64,000 nucleotides of DNA from Paragordius varius (Eukaryota; Animalia; Nematomorpha), in NCBI GenBank assembly GCA_964247055.1, contig OZ176054.1, forward strand, positions 4,278,001 through 4,342,000, in the 5' to 3' direction. Within the stretch, counting starts at the first letter, position 1. Every line of letters starts with the position of its first letter. The position numbers and the translations under genes were made by a program. The notes below the pieces were generated by a model. That model saw nothing but the letters and a program-made list of their open reading frames with translations, made no database searches and was not told the DNA's origin. This document shows, in pieces, positions 28,074-41,375 of this stretch.

Positions 28074-28718
28074 TTAGGAATGGGACCTAGATCTTGATTT
28101 GCGATATCGTTTATGGTAAGAATGTTTGTGTTTTCGTTCTTCTTTTTCATCATCAAAAATGCCACGGGAAACAATGTTATCACGTTGGTCGCGTGTTAAA
28201 TACGTGGGAACGGGTGATCCACGCTTCGACTTATTTTCTGGTTTTGAGTTCTAACATTATATTAAAAATTACATAGGATTCCAAAATTTGAGCCTTTTTT
28301 TCATCAATAAATGCTTTAGGAATTCCATTGTTGTTTTCAGCACTATACAACAGATTCCATAAATCACCCATAAATAATCGAGCATTTTTAGCGTTTAAAA
28401 AACCGGTTAAATTAATTTGCATTAATTTTGGATCAACATTCTAAATTATATAAAAAAATACTTTTTCCATTAACTGATTGAAAACAAACTCGATTAAAAC
28501 ATCATCTTCGTAATTAAGTAATTCACATAATCTTTTAGATATCCAAGGTTTTAAAACATTTAAATTCACTTTAGACATGTCAACCTAATTGTTTATCAAA
28601 ATACTTTTTGATTTAAGTGATCAGAAAACTTCATTTGCTTCATAAGTTTTTTATTTTTGTCGCTAAAACGACTATCTTGCTCTGAAGTGGTACCTCGATA
28701 AAACCCCGCATCTGTCAT
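28074..28718 (-). CDS. SRRM1: SRRM1/SRm160-like PWI-domain splicing co-activator, unusually short (193 aa), 4 exons
   Basis: Exons 28718-28605, 28584-28462, 28440-28273, 28250-28074 total 582 nt. MTDAGFYRGTTSEQDSRFSDK..KQMKF|VDMSKVNLNVLKPWISKR..EDDVLIEFVFNQL|..MQINLTGFLNAKNARLFMGDLW..GIP. Introns of 20, 21 and 22 nt. Ends RKSRSRSHS*, with AATAAA ~25 nt downstream. Confidence 0.9.
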
Positions 28719-29187
28719 TATTATGAATCACAAGGAATGCTTTTAATTATTTTGCATAAAAATATAATATTGTCATCAATAAATAAAGTTTGATAGTGTC
28801 ATTAATTGATTCAATCTAACGTTATTAGTGTCATTAAAATAGGCTTAAATACCTTCAATTTACAATGCACAAATTTTGTAATATGAATATGGCTTAATCA
28901 TATATTAATCAAAATAAGTATGAGCTTTGAGCAAGGCTTGGGGAAAATGGATAAGCCCATTCCGATTCTAAAAAAGTATTATTTAATCATTAATTAAACT
29001 TAGAGAATATAAGCCTTATTTTATATTAGGCCGTCAGTTTCGCCCCACTCCATGTAAAAATAAGGTAAGTCCCTAAAATTTTAAGTTCCAAAGACGTCCG
29101 GAAAAGTAAGGGCCACAACTAAAGCATTGCTAATCCTGAATACATTTTTCTATCACAATATATATAATCAAGTTATATATATATACC

Positions 29188-32100
29188 TAAGGTGACCAGA
29201 TTTTTTGAAGGAAAAAGCGGGACAAATCTGAGGGGGGGGGGGGTCATTGGGGGGTACAACCAAAAATTTTTATACAAAAAATTTATTGTAATATATATTT
29301 ATTTTTAACACAAATAGATTATAAATATAAAAAAATTTGTACCTCACAGGTTGTTTGTACCTTATTCAATAAATTTACATGTGCACGAACAAAGGGTGAA
29401 GTGATTGTAATATTCTAGAAAAAAATAATAAAGACCAAATCATCACAAAGTGCGCTGGGTCATGCAAGAAGCGGCACAAAAAATATTTTTAACAATTTAG
29501 CGAATAAACTTTATCAAAACATTATTGGCAGATACACAACGCTATTCAAACAGCTACTGATTTGTTACCCCTGGATGTGGAAAATATAGATGTTAAAATG
29601 CTTGGATATTGTAGAACTGTTGGTTAGCTCTTTTGCCAGCGATTGAAATATTTATAAAAATGTGATCTCCTAGAATCCTATTTTTTATCAGACAAAGGTC
29701 AAAATTCCAAGTCAAAAAAGGTTAGAAAATAATTTTATACCATTACTTAATCGCAATATCATAAAGCATCCAGAAAAACAAGGCTCAATGAATAGCCAGA
29801 ATATAAAAATGTTTTATACAAACAGAAACGATTATTTGGAAGACAAAACGGTGCACAATGACACTTTTTAATGAAGTCTCATTATTAAATAAATATATTG
29901 AATGAAAGCTTATATTATAAACAACAGAAAAAAATACGTAGGATAGGTTAAAATAATCATTTTTTAAAAAAATTATGTTCCATACAATAATATTTTAATT
30001 GTAGAATTTGCATTATCTTCACCTGAAGCACTGCTATTGAACGCGTTTTTCCACAGTAAATCAAGTGTGGACACGGAATCAAATTTAAATGTTGAATAAA
30101 GACCTTTTATGTGTTCAAATATAATTTGACAATTTATGAAGACTTATACAATATTTTAGGTAATTATGTTTTTTACACAAAAACTTTAAAGAAAATATTT
30201 TATTCTTTGGTATATTTTTGGTTTGAGTGAATGCGTTTTAGCAGATTGTCATCATTTTTTAAAATATTGTAGAAGTCTTCACAAGAATTTGTCAAATTAT
30301 ATTTGACAGATAAAACGGCCTTCAAAGTTTCAACATTTAAATTTGATTTTTCCGATGTCCACACCTGATTTACTGTGGAAAAAACGCGCTCAGTAGCAGC
30401 GTTGGTTCCAGGTAAAGATAGTGCGAATTCCACAATTTTTAAAATGTTATTGTATGTAATATTGGCTTTAAAATGATGAAATATTTCCAACCATTTTTTT
30501 TCTACTGTATATATTTCTTTTGTCCATAATTTAAGTTTTTCATTATTAATATATCTTTTAATGATACTTCAGAAAAAAGATCATTTTCTGAAAGAATACT
30601 TTTTGAGAATTTTTAGGAGCAGATATAATCTGATTTTTGAACATCGCACCAATTAAATTCTGATTTTAATGTTATCCAATGAAAATGATCAATTTCATTG
30701 AATTGCGACGTCCAGTCTTCAAAATAATCTTTACAGTTTGTATAAAACATTTTTATATTGTACAGAATATCTTGGCGATTTATTAAGGCTTGTTTTTCTA
30801 AATTATTTATTATATTACGGATGGTTAATGGTATAAAATTATTTTCTAACCGTTCTTAACATTGGAATTTTAGGTTACTAACTTCATTGGCTACTTCGAT
30901 TGCTGAAATTTTGTCACCTTCTATTAATTTAATAACATTTTGAAAGAGAGAAGCTTGGATATGTAAGATTTTTAACCATAATTTTGAAGAATCACTTTCA
31001 AAAAACTTTTTTAAGTTGTAAGACATTTGTCCAGTGATAAAAAAAGATTTTAATAGACATCATTTTTAAAATTCTTTCGATAGATGGCATAAAAGCTAAC
31101 CAACGAGTTTCACAATATCCAAGCATTTTTTGATATTGAACTTCTGCATTTTCACAGAATTTTTTAAGCGTTTCAACACGTACCGTGTATATATAAAAAT
31201 AGGAATATATTTTAACTACTATATTTTCCACATCTAAGGGTAAATCTGCAGCTGTTTGAATAGCGTTGTGTATTATATACGCTGCACACCCTACGCCAAT
31301 AATGTTTTGATTAAGATTATCTGTTAATTTATGAAAAATATTTTTTGCTCCTCTCCTTGCTTTTCCAACAAAGTTCGTATTGGTGTTGTCAGCGCAATAT
31401 GCGATAATTTTGTCTTTTAAATTATTTTTTTCTAGAATATGCATTATTGAAGTAAATATTATTTCAGAATTTTCACCGGGTAGGGAAATTAAATCTAAAA
31501 TTTTAATTTTTACTCCGGTTTCTGAATCAAAATATCTTATCAAAGTAGGAAATAATTTTGTTTTATTGTGATTTGAAGCATCAGAGTATAGGGAAAAGAA
31601 ATAAATTTTTAGCAAATCTTTTTGTATTTCCGAAAAAGCATGGGGCGAAAAAACATTGCATACAATGGCTTCAGCCTTTGTACGGGCACATGTAAATATT
31701 TTATTGAATAACGTGCGAATAACCTGTGAGGTACAATCCATTGAACGAAATGAATGGCAATGGTTTAATGCGTGAAAGGAAAACAGGCCCTCAGCAAGTG
31801 CTAAATTCTTTTCTTCCTCTCCAAAAGCGGTTTTTCGAAAAAAATCGCTCATCTTGTGAGATGATGCAGTTATAATTAAACATTTTTGATGTTTCTCAAT
31901 ATGCTTTGTAATGTCATGTTTGCCGCCATGTGCCAGGGTGAATTCCCCATCGCATATAAGACATTTAACAGACGATTCCTTCTTCGTTTTTTTAATGAAA
32001 GGAAAATCTTTCATTAATTCATCATTGAATTTACAGCCTCTTTTTGTGTTCATATTTATAAACTACTATTAGTATAATAAATGTTATATTACCTTAATTT

Positions 32101-32584
32101 TCTGGAAAAGCGTGTAAGGTAACGATTTGTGGTATCAATTTGTATTTTAAGCTACCGATTTGTAGTATTAATTTGAATTTTTTATAATGTTGGCAAGTAT
32201 TAAAATTAAATATTAGTATAATAAATGTTATATTACCTTAATTTCTGGAAAAAGCGTGTAAGGTATCGATTTATAATATCAATTTGTCTTTTGATCTAGT
32301 ATAACTAGGCTTTTTGATATTAATGACAGTAGTAGCAGGAAGGAAAGTGTATAATCATATGATATAAATTGGAAAAAAATAAATATTTTTAATCTAAAAA
32401 AAAAAAAATTTTAATTTAAAATAAAAAAAATTTATTTGTATTAAAAAAAAATTATTTGTATTAAAAAAAATTTTTTTTTATATAATCATGAAAAAGCGGG
32501 ACATCTTATAAACGTAGCGGGAGGCGGGACAAAATGTGAAAAAGCGGGACTGTCCCGCCAAAAGCGGGACGTCTGGTCACCTTA
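29188..32584 (-). mobile_element. hAT (Blackjack-like) element, copy A, with frameshifted transposase
   Basis: 13-bp TIR TAAGGTGACCAGA; perfect TSD TATATACC; subterminal GCGGGAC repeats. Transposase 32053-30200 has BED-type C/H residues, YSDAS, YCADNTNTN, ETRW and SLPGTNAATERVFS. Confidence 0.92.
29339..30195 (+). repeat. Inverted, multiply deleted copy of the host hAT transposase inserted just after its stop codon
   Basis: Plus-strand patches (TGTACCTCACAGG, ATACACAACGCTATTCAAACAGC, TCCACAGTAAATCAAGTGTGGAC, GAAGACTT) are colinear with the coding strand of 31740-30260; absent from copy B. Confidence 0.85.
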
Positions 32585-32660
32585 TATATACCCCACGATT
32601 CGCAGTTTATTGTCCAAATTTAAAAATATACATTAGATGGTGTTCTCGGCTCATGATATA

Positions 32661-33454
32661 TTAACACTTGAACACATTCATTTGAGTCCTTTTATTTGAA
32701 TTTGGGTTAGATATCCCTGGCCTGTACAAAATTAAATACCTTAAAAAATTGGAAGGAATGGAAACCATGGAAAGTGTGCGTTTATATCACATATTATACC
32801 TAAATATAAAAAAATTTATTCAAAAATATTATATAACTTATATTAAGGTAATATCCAAAGTATTAGTCAATATGACATGTGTGCATTATATAACTTTAAC
32901 ACTTCGATTCCAATTGGAGTATCTGTATACCCCAGACTAAATTTGAGTTAGGATTTTTAAAAACTACTGAAGGAAACGGTCCTAATTTAAACTATGCTTC
33001 TATCCTTATAAAAACTATATAAATATGCCAATATATCTAAATAAAATTTTGTTTTGAAAAAAAAGCTCCATGTCAAACTACTTCGAAGCCATTTTTATTT
33101 TACAAAATCATTGCAAAATATCGTCTTCATTTAATTTTAGTGGTAAAATTAATTTATATTTTACTTAAATTACATCTAACATTGATAGAAATAGAAAAAG
33201 CGGTTTATTTTGTATCATTTTTCAATTTTACCATTGCACACTTGTCACGTTGACTATATTTTTACCTTTCGGTTTTAGCTTAAAATAAGCAATATCAAGT
33301 AATTTCGAATTTTATATATTTTTAATAATGTATTATAACTTGACAATTTTGCCATGGTTTAGATTCCTTCATTATGAAGAATTTAATTTTAAACAGGCCT
33401 GGGGTATTTAACTACCCAAATATGAATCGAAGGACTGAAATATCCAAGTGTTAA
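32661..33454. mobile_element. Two adjacent piggyBac-like MITE copies (32661-~32890 truncated; 32896-33454 complete, opposite orientation)
   Basis: TTAACACTTG.. and TTAACACTTCGATTCC..TATCCAAGTGTTAA. Confidence 0.75.
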
Positions 33455-34920
33455 AATCAAATATTTAGAAATTGTAATAATTTGAGACCATTGCAAACAT
33501 TTGCACTTGTATAACATTGATTTAAAAAAAGAGAAGATTATCCAACATGAAGGTGGAAATTTAGCCAACATGACTGTGAGCATTAATTTAATGTATATAA
33601 AATAAATACTCAATTAACTGGGTTAGTTGTATGTCCCAAAGCTATTAGAAATTAGAATATCTTAAGAATTTAAGGTATTTCGAATTTAAAAATATGCTTT
33701 CTTTAGTATTGGCACATTAAAAAATTATTTTTAAATTTTTTTTAAGAAAATTTTACTTTTTTGCCGCCAATTTTTTCTTAAATTTTTAATCGCTAATGCA
33801 AAAGCCTAAAATGTATATTATTGTTGAAAATTGTAAATAATTAACTTTAAAAAGCATTAGTATATTGTACCAGCAAAAACCTGAAATATTTTAATATTAA
33901 TAATGTTTATTGATTTTTGTTTTGGAGATGGCTTTTTAGGCTCTAGACTTAACTGTCAAAAATCGAGTGTTTTACTAATATATGTGAAGTATATTTAATT
34001 TTTAATTACTAAATTACTTTCAAAACTGCAGTTTATTAACAATACTGAGCACTTAGAGTATACCATCCCAAAATGCAAACTAGGACAAAAAAGTGAAAAG
34101 GTAGGAAATGTCCTTTTTTCTGTTTAAATTATATTTTAGAAAAATATATTAGGGTTAGAATAAAAAAGCGGACATTTTGCCATAAATGGCGTCGAAGTAT
34201 TTTGTTATGAAGCTTTTTTTCCCAAGTTATTATTTTGGCTTATTTTTTAATAGTTTTCATTCCGCTAGGGACATAATATATTGAAAGTGTCTCTTTCAAT
34301 GGGTTACCAGCTACCGTAATTTGTGAAGTGTTGACTTTCAAAAATTTGGTTATAATTGATAAATAAATTTATGCTCTTTAAATTATGTGTTTGTTTTAGG
34401 TCAATTTAGTAATACTCTGTAACTGATAAAGTTGTAAAATTTGTTATTTAATTTCGATTTGTACAAATACCTTAAAATATATTTTAATACAAGGATTCGG
34501 ACTTTTACTTAAAAAGTAAAGATTAATGGTTTGAGTGCTAATATACAATACTTTATTACCTTTTGAGTAAAATTTTATTGATTTACTTATGTGAGCATGT
34601 TGATGGGATAATATCATAACCCATGTGTCAAATCTCTCCTTCAAAGTCTATATAGGTAAATTTATATTATTCATATAATTAATTATAATAATTTGAAACT
34701 CTTAATATATAACCATACGTCTTTTTGTATGTCATAATTTTTATTAAAGTATCCGTAGATTTGAGAAATTAAAGTTATAAATATTATATGAATTAAATTT
34801 TATCAAAAATATACTTTATTTAGAGGGTATATAGATTTAATAAATTATCTCTTTGGAATAGCAATCTCTTTTATATATACGAAATTTTTGGATCTTATTT
34901 TTATAGACGATTTTAGCATT

Positions 34921-37900
34921 ATGTCTTCCCTAGAAAAGGAGAGGCCACCACAAATTCAAAAGTTATTGGATAGGGATCCTTATTTACACACCTATGAAAA
35001 AGAAATTATACGGAGGTACCATTAAACTTATAGTAAGATATAAAATATTTAAACAATGGATTCATCAAATTGAGGATACAGAAGGGTCATTGGAAAAATT
35101 TTCTCGAGGCTTTCAAGAATATGGTATACAGGTAACATCCGAAAACGGAATTCGGTGTTTAGAATGGGCTCCTGGTGCGGAAGCCATATATTTGCGTGGA
35201 GATTTCAGTATTTATGCATTGACTATAATTAATATTTAGATAATTGGGCTATTGATGAGTCCTTTAAGTATGAAAAACTTCCCTTTGGAAAATGGCAATT
35301 ATATATTCCTCCCTTGGCGGATGGGAGTCCACCAATTAAGCATCTTGATGCCCTTAAAGTTAAAATAATTTTGCAACATTGAAATATTATAGTTAGTTGT
35401 AGTTGATAAAAATGGTAATCACCTTGATCGATTAAGCCCTTGGGCCACTTATGTTAAACCACCGCCAAACTCTATCGTATTTGAGCAAGTTTTTTGGAAC
35501 CCACCCTTAAATGAAGTATAATAATATAAAAAAATAAACAGTAAAAACAAAAATATTTTTTATATTGAAAACCTTATATTTCCAACCTTAATTTTAAATA
35601 AATTCAATCTTTTGGGTTGCGAAATAAGGAATGGAGAAAATTGGTAGCACACTTAATATATTTCTGAATTGGCATCATATAGGAATAGCAAAAATTGGGA
35701 CATAGTTCTTATAAATGAAAATATGTTTTTTACTTTTTATATATAATTTTTATTTATACTGTGCATTCATAACGAATATTATTTGTAATAGCGTTACCAA
35801 TTTGAGTACAAGAACCCAGAGAAACCTGATCGTCTTCGTATATATGAATCTCATGTGGGCATTGCATCTTGGGAAGGGAAAGTCTCATCCTACAAACATT
35901 TTACCCAACACGTTATACCACATATTATCGATGCAGGTTTTTATATTTATGGGATCATATATTTACTTTGTTGAAGATACTTTCCTACATTTATAAGGGT
36001 TTAATAGTATAATATTTTTACCAAACATTTAAATTTGTATAGGTTATAATGCTATTCAGTTGATGGCTATCATGGAGCATGCCTTTTATGCAAGTTTTGG
36101 TTATCAAGTTACAAGTTTTTTTGCTGTGTCAAGGTATGTTAAATATTTTATTTTTTAAAATTATCAATTTAACAATGTTTACATGGTAAAAATATATAAA
36201 GTTTTGGTTATAAGATCAAAAAAATTTATGTTATAAATTCTTATTATTTTTGCGATACTTTTCTAATGTCCCAATTCTCTAATCCATTGTGCATGTTTGG
36301 GATGTTGTTTAAATCTTTTGGACTGAATATTACATATTGTCAAAATATATGTCATAACAAACTTAGTCGTTTTGGAGTCCCCGAAGATTTGAAGGAGTTA
36401 ATTGATGTAGCTCACAAGAATGGACTCGTCGTGCTCCTCGATATGGTGCACAGTCACGCCTGTAAAAATACGGTGGATGGTTTGAATGAATTCGATGGCA
36501 CGGATGCTTGTTATTTCCATTCAGGTCCATCGGGGTATCATTCATTGTGGGATAGTAGATTGTTTGATTACACCAAGTTTGTTTTTGTCTAATTTTTTAT
36601 TGCATTTAATTATTATAGATTTTATTCTTGTTGGCGAAATAGTAGAACCATAATATCTGTAAGCGTATATCAAATTTCCCAATTTATTATTTTATTAAAA
36701 TTTTCTGATCGATAAAACATGGCGCCTAATATTCGGAAATAGTAAGGTTTAAAATATTTAAAAATAGTAAAAAAAATTATACATTAAAATGTGTTATGTT
36801 TTTACATAATGCTCATAATGACTTAAATACTTATAATGATAATAGGTTAAAAGAAGTTTTTGACTCTATTTCTGATTTAGGCTACTTTAATATTATTTAT
36901 AGAACTTTTTATACACATATATTATTTATTTATAATTGTATTTGTTTGTTAGAATTTTACTAATTTTCACTGTATTTAATCTTACATAATATTTTTCCTT
37001 TTTGTAATCCAATTATAATAAGATTTAAAATTAAATGTAGTTGGAAGAAACTTATATATTTTTGGTTGTAGATGGGAAGTTTTGCGTTTTCTTTTATCAA
37101 ATCTTCGTTGGTATATGATGGAATATAGATTTGATGGGTTTCGATTTGACGGTACGACATCCATGATATATCACTCGCATGGATTAGGTTGGTTTAGTTT
37201 ATTTATTTATTAAATATTGGATATTTTACAATGGGATAAAAGTATGGTAATAACATAATTTTTTCTCATATTAAAGAAAATAAATTGGAAAATTTTTTAA
37301 ATAAAGTTTTATTTAAAAATTCCAAATATATAACATTCGTCAATGGTACCGTTATAAATATTTGGAGAAACATTTGCCTTTATCCAGTGTTGCATTTTTG
37401 TGTATGCAGTTACCATTTTCCAAAGTTAAAATTATATTTTTTTATATTTACAAACTTTAAATTGAATTATTTTGCAAATAAAAAAAATAACTGTAATAGG
37501 ACAATATACCAAAATACTAGGGTTTCCCGGACCCGAAACCATCTTTAACCAGACCCGGATTTTTCCCTCAAAAACTATGCTGTTCCGATTCTAACATTTT
37601 AAAAACCATTCTTATTCTATTTTCGAATTCTTAAAACCGCTTCCAGTTTCAAACTCCGAAAAATGTGGTTCCCGTATGTTTTTTTCAACAAAGATAAAAA
37701 AAATTGTTGTTTAAGATGCTGAGCTGCAAAGATTATTTTTTTAGTTATTAAAATTAATCACTACAAATTCAAATTAGCATATGTTAGTTTTGAGTTCTGA
37801 CCTGTGATATAACATAATATTATATAAATAATATATTTATTTTATATTAAATCTTTATTGCATATCCATTATTTTTCATTGGATTAATTATACTCTAATA

Positions 37901-40900
37901 TTTTTAATGATAATAATGATATTTTGGTTTGGGATGTATGGGAAATATTAGGTTATTTTTGAAAGAAATTATTAAAAAAACCCTTGTTCTTATGTTATTT
38001 AAAAATAATATATATTGTGAGTTACGTGACTCCCAAGGCAATTTTCCAAGTTTAAACTTTTGACTGAGCTCGTTTTCTGTTACGATAGATCAGCAGCGTA
38101 GAGGCTCATACGGATTTCATTATTGATTTATTGTGATTAGATAGGGACTGAGAATGGAGTATTGGTTTAGGCGTGTTTTTATGTGATCTTGAAGTTGCGT
38201 TTCGAAATGTGTGTTAAGTTTCATTGTTGTTTTATAATAAATTAATTGCATTTATAATCCATGTCTACCCCTTTTTTGAAGACACCAAAAGATAAGTGTT
38301 TGACTAGAATGCTTTCTCTATGTCAAATGGATGATATAGTTGGCTGCTTTTAGCTAGGCAGTTTTTGGAGACATCTTAATATAAAGATGACGTTAATCTT
38401 GACCAAAGGCAGGTTGCATATTATTAATATTGACTGATTCTAGTTTGATCCAAGATGAAAATACTTTCATACTATGTTCCAGCAATCGGGCGGTATGATG
38501 TATAATAAAGTTTATTCCCTTGTCATTGGAAATGTAATACTGTTCTGCTAACAGGTTGGGATCTTAATATCATTAAATTTGTTAAAGTGAGGATGGAACG
38601 GGACCTTTTGAATCGTGGTATTCAAGAAACTACTTATCAAAAGGCCGCAAATTTATCACCTATTTATCGACATAGGGAATGCGTGTGATTAAATCATAAA
38701 AAGCTTTTTGATTAAAAATGGATGCAGACAAACGATTAAAGATGGAAAGTTTATGAAAACAGCAAAACTTGTGTCAACATTCATATCGAAAACACCGAGG
38801 TTTTCTTTTCAGTTCTCTATTATTCACGATAATAATAGACACCAGCAGTAATAAGATCCGTATGAGCCAGGAAAACATCAATGCTGATGAATTGTTAACA
38901 TCGGAAAATTTAAATGAGCTCTATCAAAAGTTTAAACTAAAAGATTTTCAAAAAATGATCAATTATTATAAATACCCCGTGAAGATGGGATCGGGAATTC
39001 CTTGACAATAGCTAACAATCTATCTATCTGGCAAATGAAATCAAAAAAATTTAGGATATTATGAACCGCTGGAACCAATTAAAATTCAACCAACCACTTT
39101 CGGTTCAATTTTTCTGATAATTTACATGGTTTTGCTTCCAAAATTTTGTAAACCACCAAAGTTCCACTTTTATTCAGCCTGTTTCTCAAAATCCCATCTG
39201 TAAACACAGTAATCATAGGTGTTAATATGAAAGAGGGCTGTTTAGTAATAAATAGTGCTGTATTGCCGAATGTTAACATGTTAGAAGGTTTATGAACAAT
39301 ATCATTTTCGATTTAATTTATGTCCAAGGTTAAAATCTTATTACTAAATACCTTTCACTTTTTGATTGTTTAAAATTAAACAAGGGGTGTCTAATAAAAA
39401 TGGCTTCACGGGCCGCAGTTTGGACTCAAAAAACCGGGGTCGGCATTTGATATATTGTGTTTTTAATTTCGCTATGTCATTAGGCCAAAAATAGTTGAGA
39501 AAAATGTTATTGTCATTTTAATGCACACATTTAATATTATAATTAACTGCAACTGTTATATAATGCCTGCAAACAATAACAAAAATAATTTTTTTGTTTT
39601 TCATAAAAACGTTATAATAAAATCTTCTTTTAAAGGTCAAGGATTTGGTGGCTCTTATGACGATTATTTTGGAATGGGTGTCGATACTGATGCTTTAAAT
39701 TACCTTTATCTAGCCAATCATTTAATCCACACTATCTATCCTTATGCCATTACTGTAGCCGAGGTTTGTGTTTTCATAATTATTGCATATAGGAAGTTTC
39801 TGGAATGCCTACTTTATGTAGACCGATATCCGAAGGGGGAGTTGGATTTGATTATAGATTGGCAATGGCCATTCCTGATATGTGGATAAAGGTTTGGATT
39901 TCAGAAATATTTTTTATTTCTTATGAAAGTATTTAACTTCAATAATGGTTGCTTAAAATTATTAACAGATTTATTGAGCTAGATGAAACAAATATCATAG
40001 TTTTCATAAAATGATAAATTGATATATATAATTTGCTTTGTACTAGCTAAATTAAAAAAATGTAAATATTTATTTATGCGCATGATAATTTGGCTCTTTT
40101 TATTTTATTACCAAATACCCTAAAAGTATTATATTTCCTAGTTGCTTAAAGAAAAACAAGATGAGGATTGGGATATTGGTTACATTATTCATACCCTTAC
40201 TAATAGACGGTGGCAAGAAAAGAATATTGCTTATGCTGAAAGCCATGATCAAGCCTTGGTTGGGGATAAAACTATTGCATTTTGGTATAATAATTGTATA
40301 AAAAAGGTTAATGGACAAAGAAATGTACTATTTTATGTCAACGTTAACTCCGTTAACGCCTATCATTGATCGAGGAATAGCGTTACACAAAATGATTCGC
40401 ATGATAACGAATTCTTTGGGAGGAGAGGGATACCTAAATTTTATAGGTAAACAGGTTTACGTATAATCATTTTTTAAAATAATTAGTTAATATACTTATC
40501 TTTAAATATTAGGTAATGTTATTTTGTTTTAGAAAAATTGTCCATATATTTCAATGTGTTTGATAAAATATATAATTTTGCGTCTATTTTTTTACTACTT
40601 TGAACCTACGGTTCTTATTAGATATGCCTTAATGGTTTATATATTGACAAAATAGAGATGAATGATGAGTTAACTTTAATAAACGGATATTAAGAGTTCT
40701 CGTTTCGCAGAAACTGATAATAATAATAAAATTTAATTTATTGGAAATTAGCTTTATAAAATGGTAATAAATGCTAATATTTTCAACTTTTTTAATATTT
40801 AAATAATAGGAAATGAATTTGGACATCCTGAATGGTTGGATTTTCCGAGGCCTGGGAATAACAACAGTTTTCATTATGCTCGTAGGCAATTTAATCTTAT

Positions 40901-41375
40901 GGATGATAAAAATCTCCGTTATAAGTTTTTATATGCCTTTGACAAATTAATGAACCATTTGGAGGCTAAATATGGGTGGCTATCATCAAACGAAGTTTAA
41001 TTGATTAATAAATTAAGATTTATGTCAGCACCAAACATCAAGAGGATAAAGTCATAGTTTTTGAACGGAATAAATTGATTTTTTGTTTTAATTTTCATCC
41101 TGTAAAGAGTTATCCGGACTATAAAATTGGAGTTCAAGAATCTGGAAAGTTTAAACCCTGTAATAAAATATTTTAGTTACAAATGTATACTGAATTCCGA
41201 TGCAGAATTATTTGGTGGGCATAACAGAATAGATGAAAACGTTACGTATTTTACGAATCCTGAGCCCTGGCACAATAGGAAGAATTCTATGATGGTATGA
41301 TTAATATTTCATTAATCTATTTTTTAGGTGTACTTACCATGCAGAGTGTGTCTGGTTTTGGCCTTAAACAAATGA
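34921..41375 (+). CDS. GBE1: 1,4-alpha-glucan (glycogen) branching enzyme, 16 exons, 686 aa
   Basis: Exons of 95, 170, 119, 123, 145, 91, 210, 116, 128, 99, 143, 140, 185, 131, 118 and 48 nt total 2061 nt, open. GH13 motifs [67 protein letters not shown]. Introns of 22, 32, 34, 276, 106, 233, 495, 2448, 29, 250, 22, 363, 23, 28 and 33 nt. Confidence 0.96.
38060..38460 (-). mobile_element. Degenerate non-LTR RT relic (I/Jockey-like) in GBE1 intron 8
   Basis: Minus-strand remnants FDIEKAF, SKRNFKI, SILSPL and SLYAADL in RT order. Confidence 0.6.
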
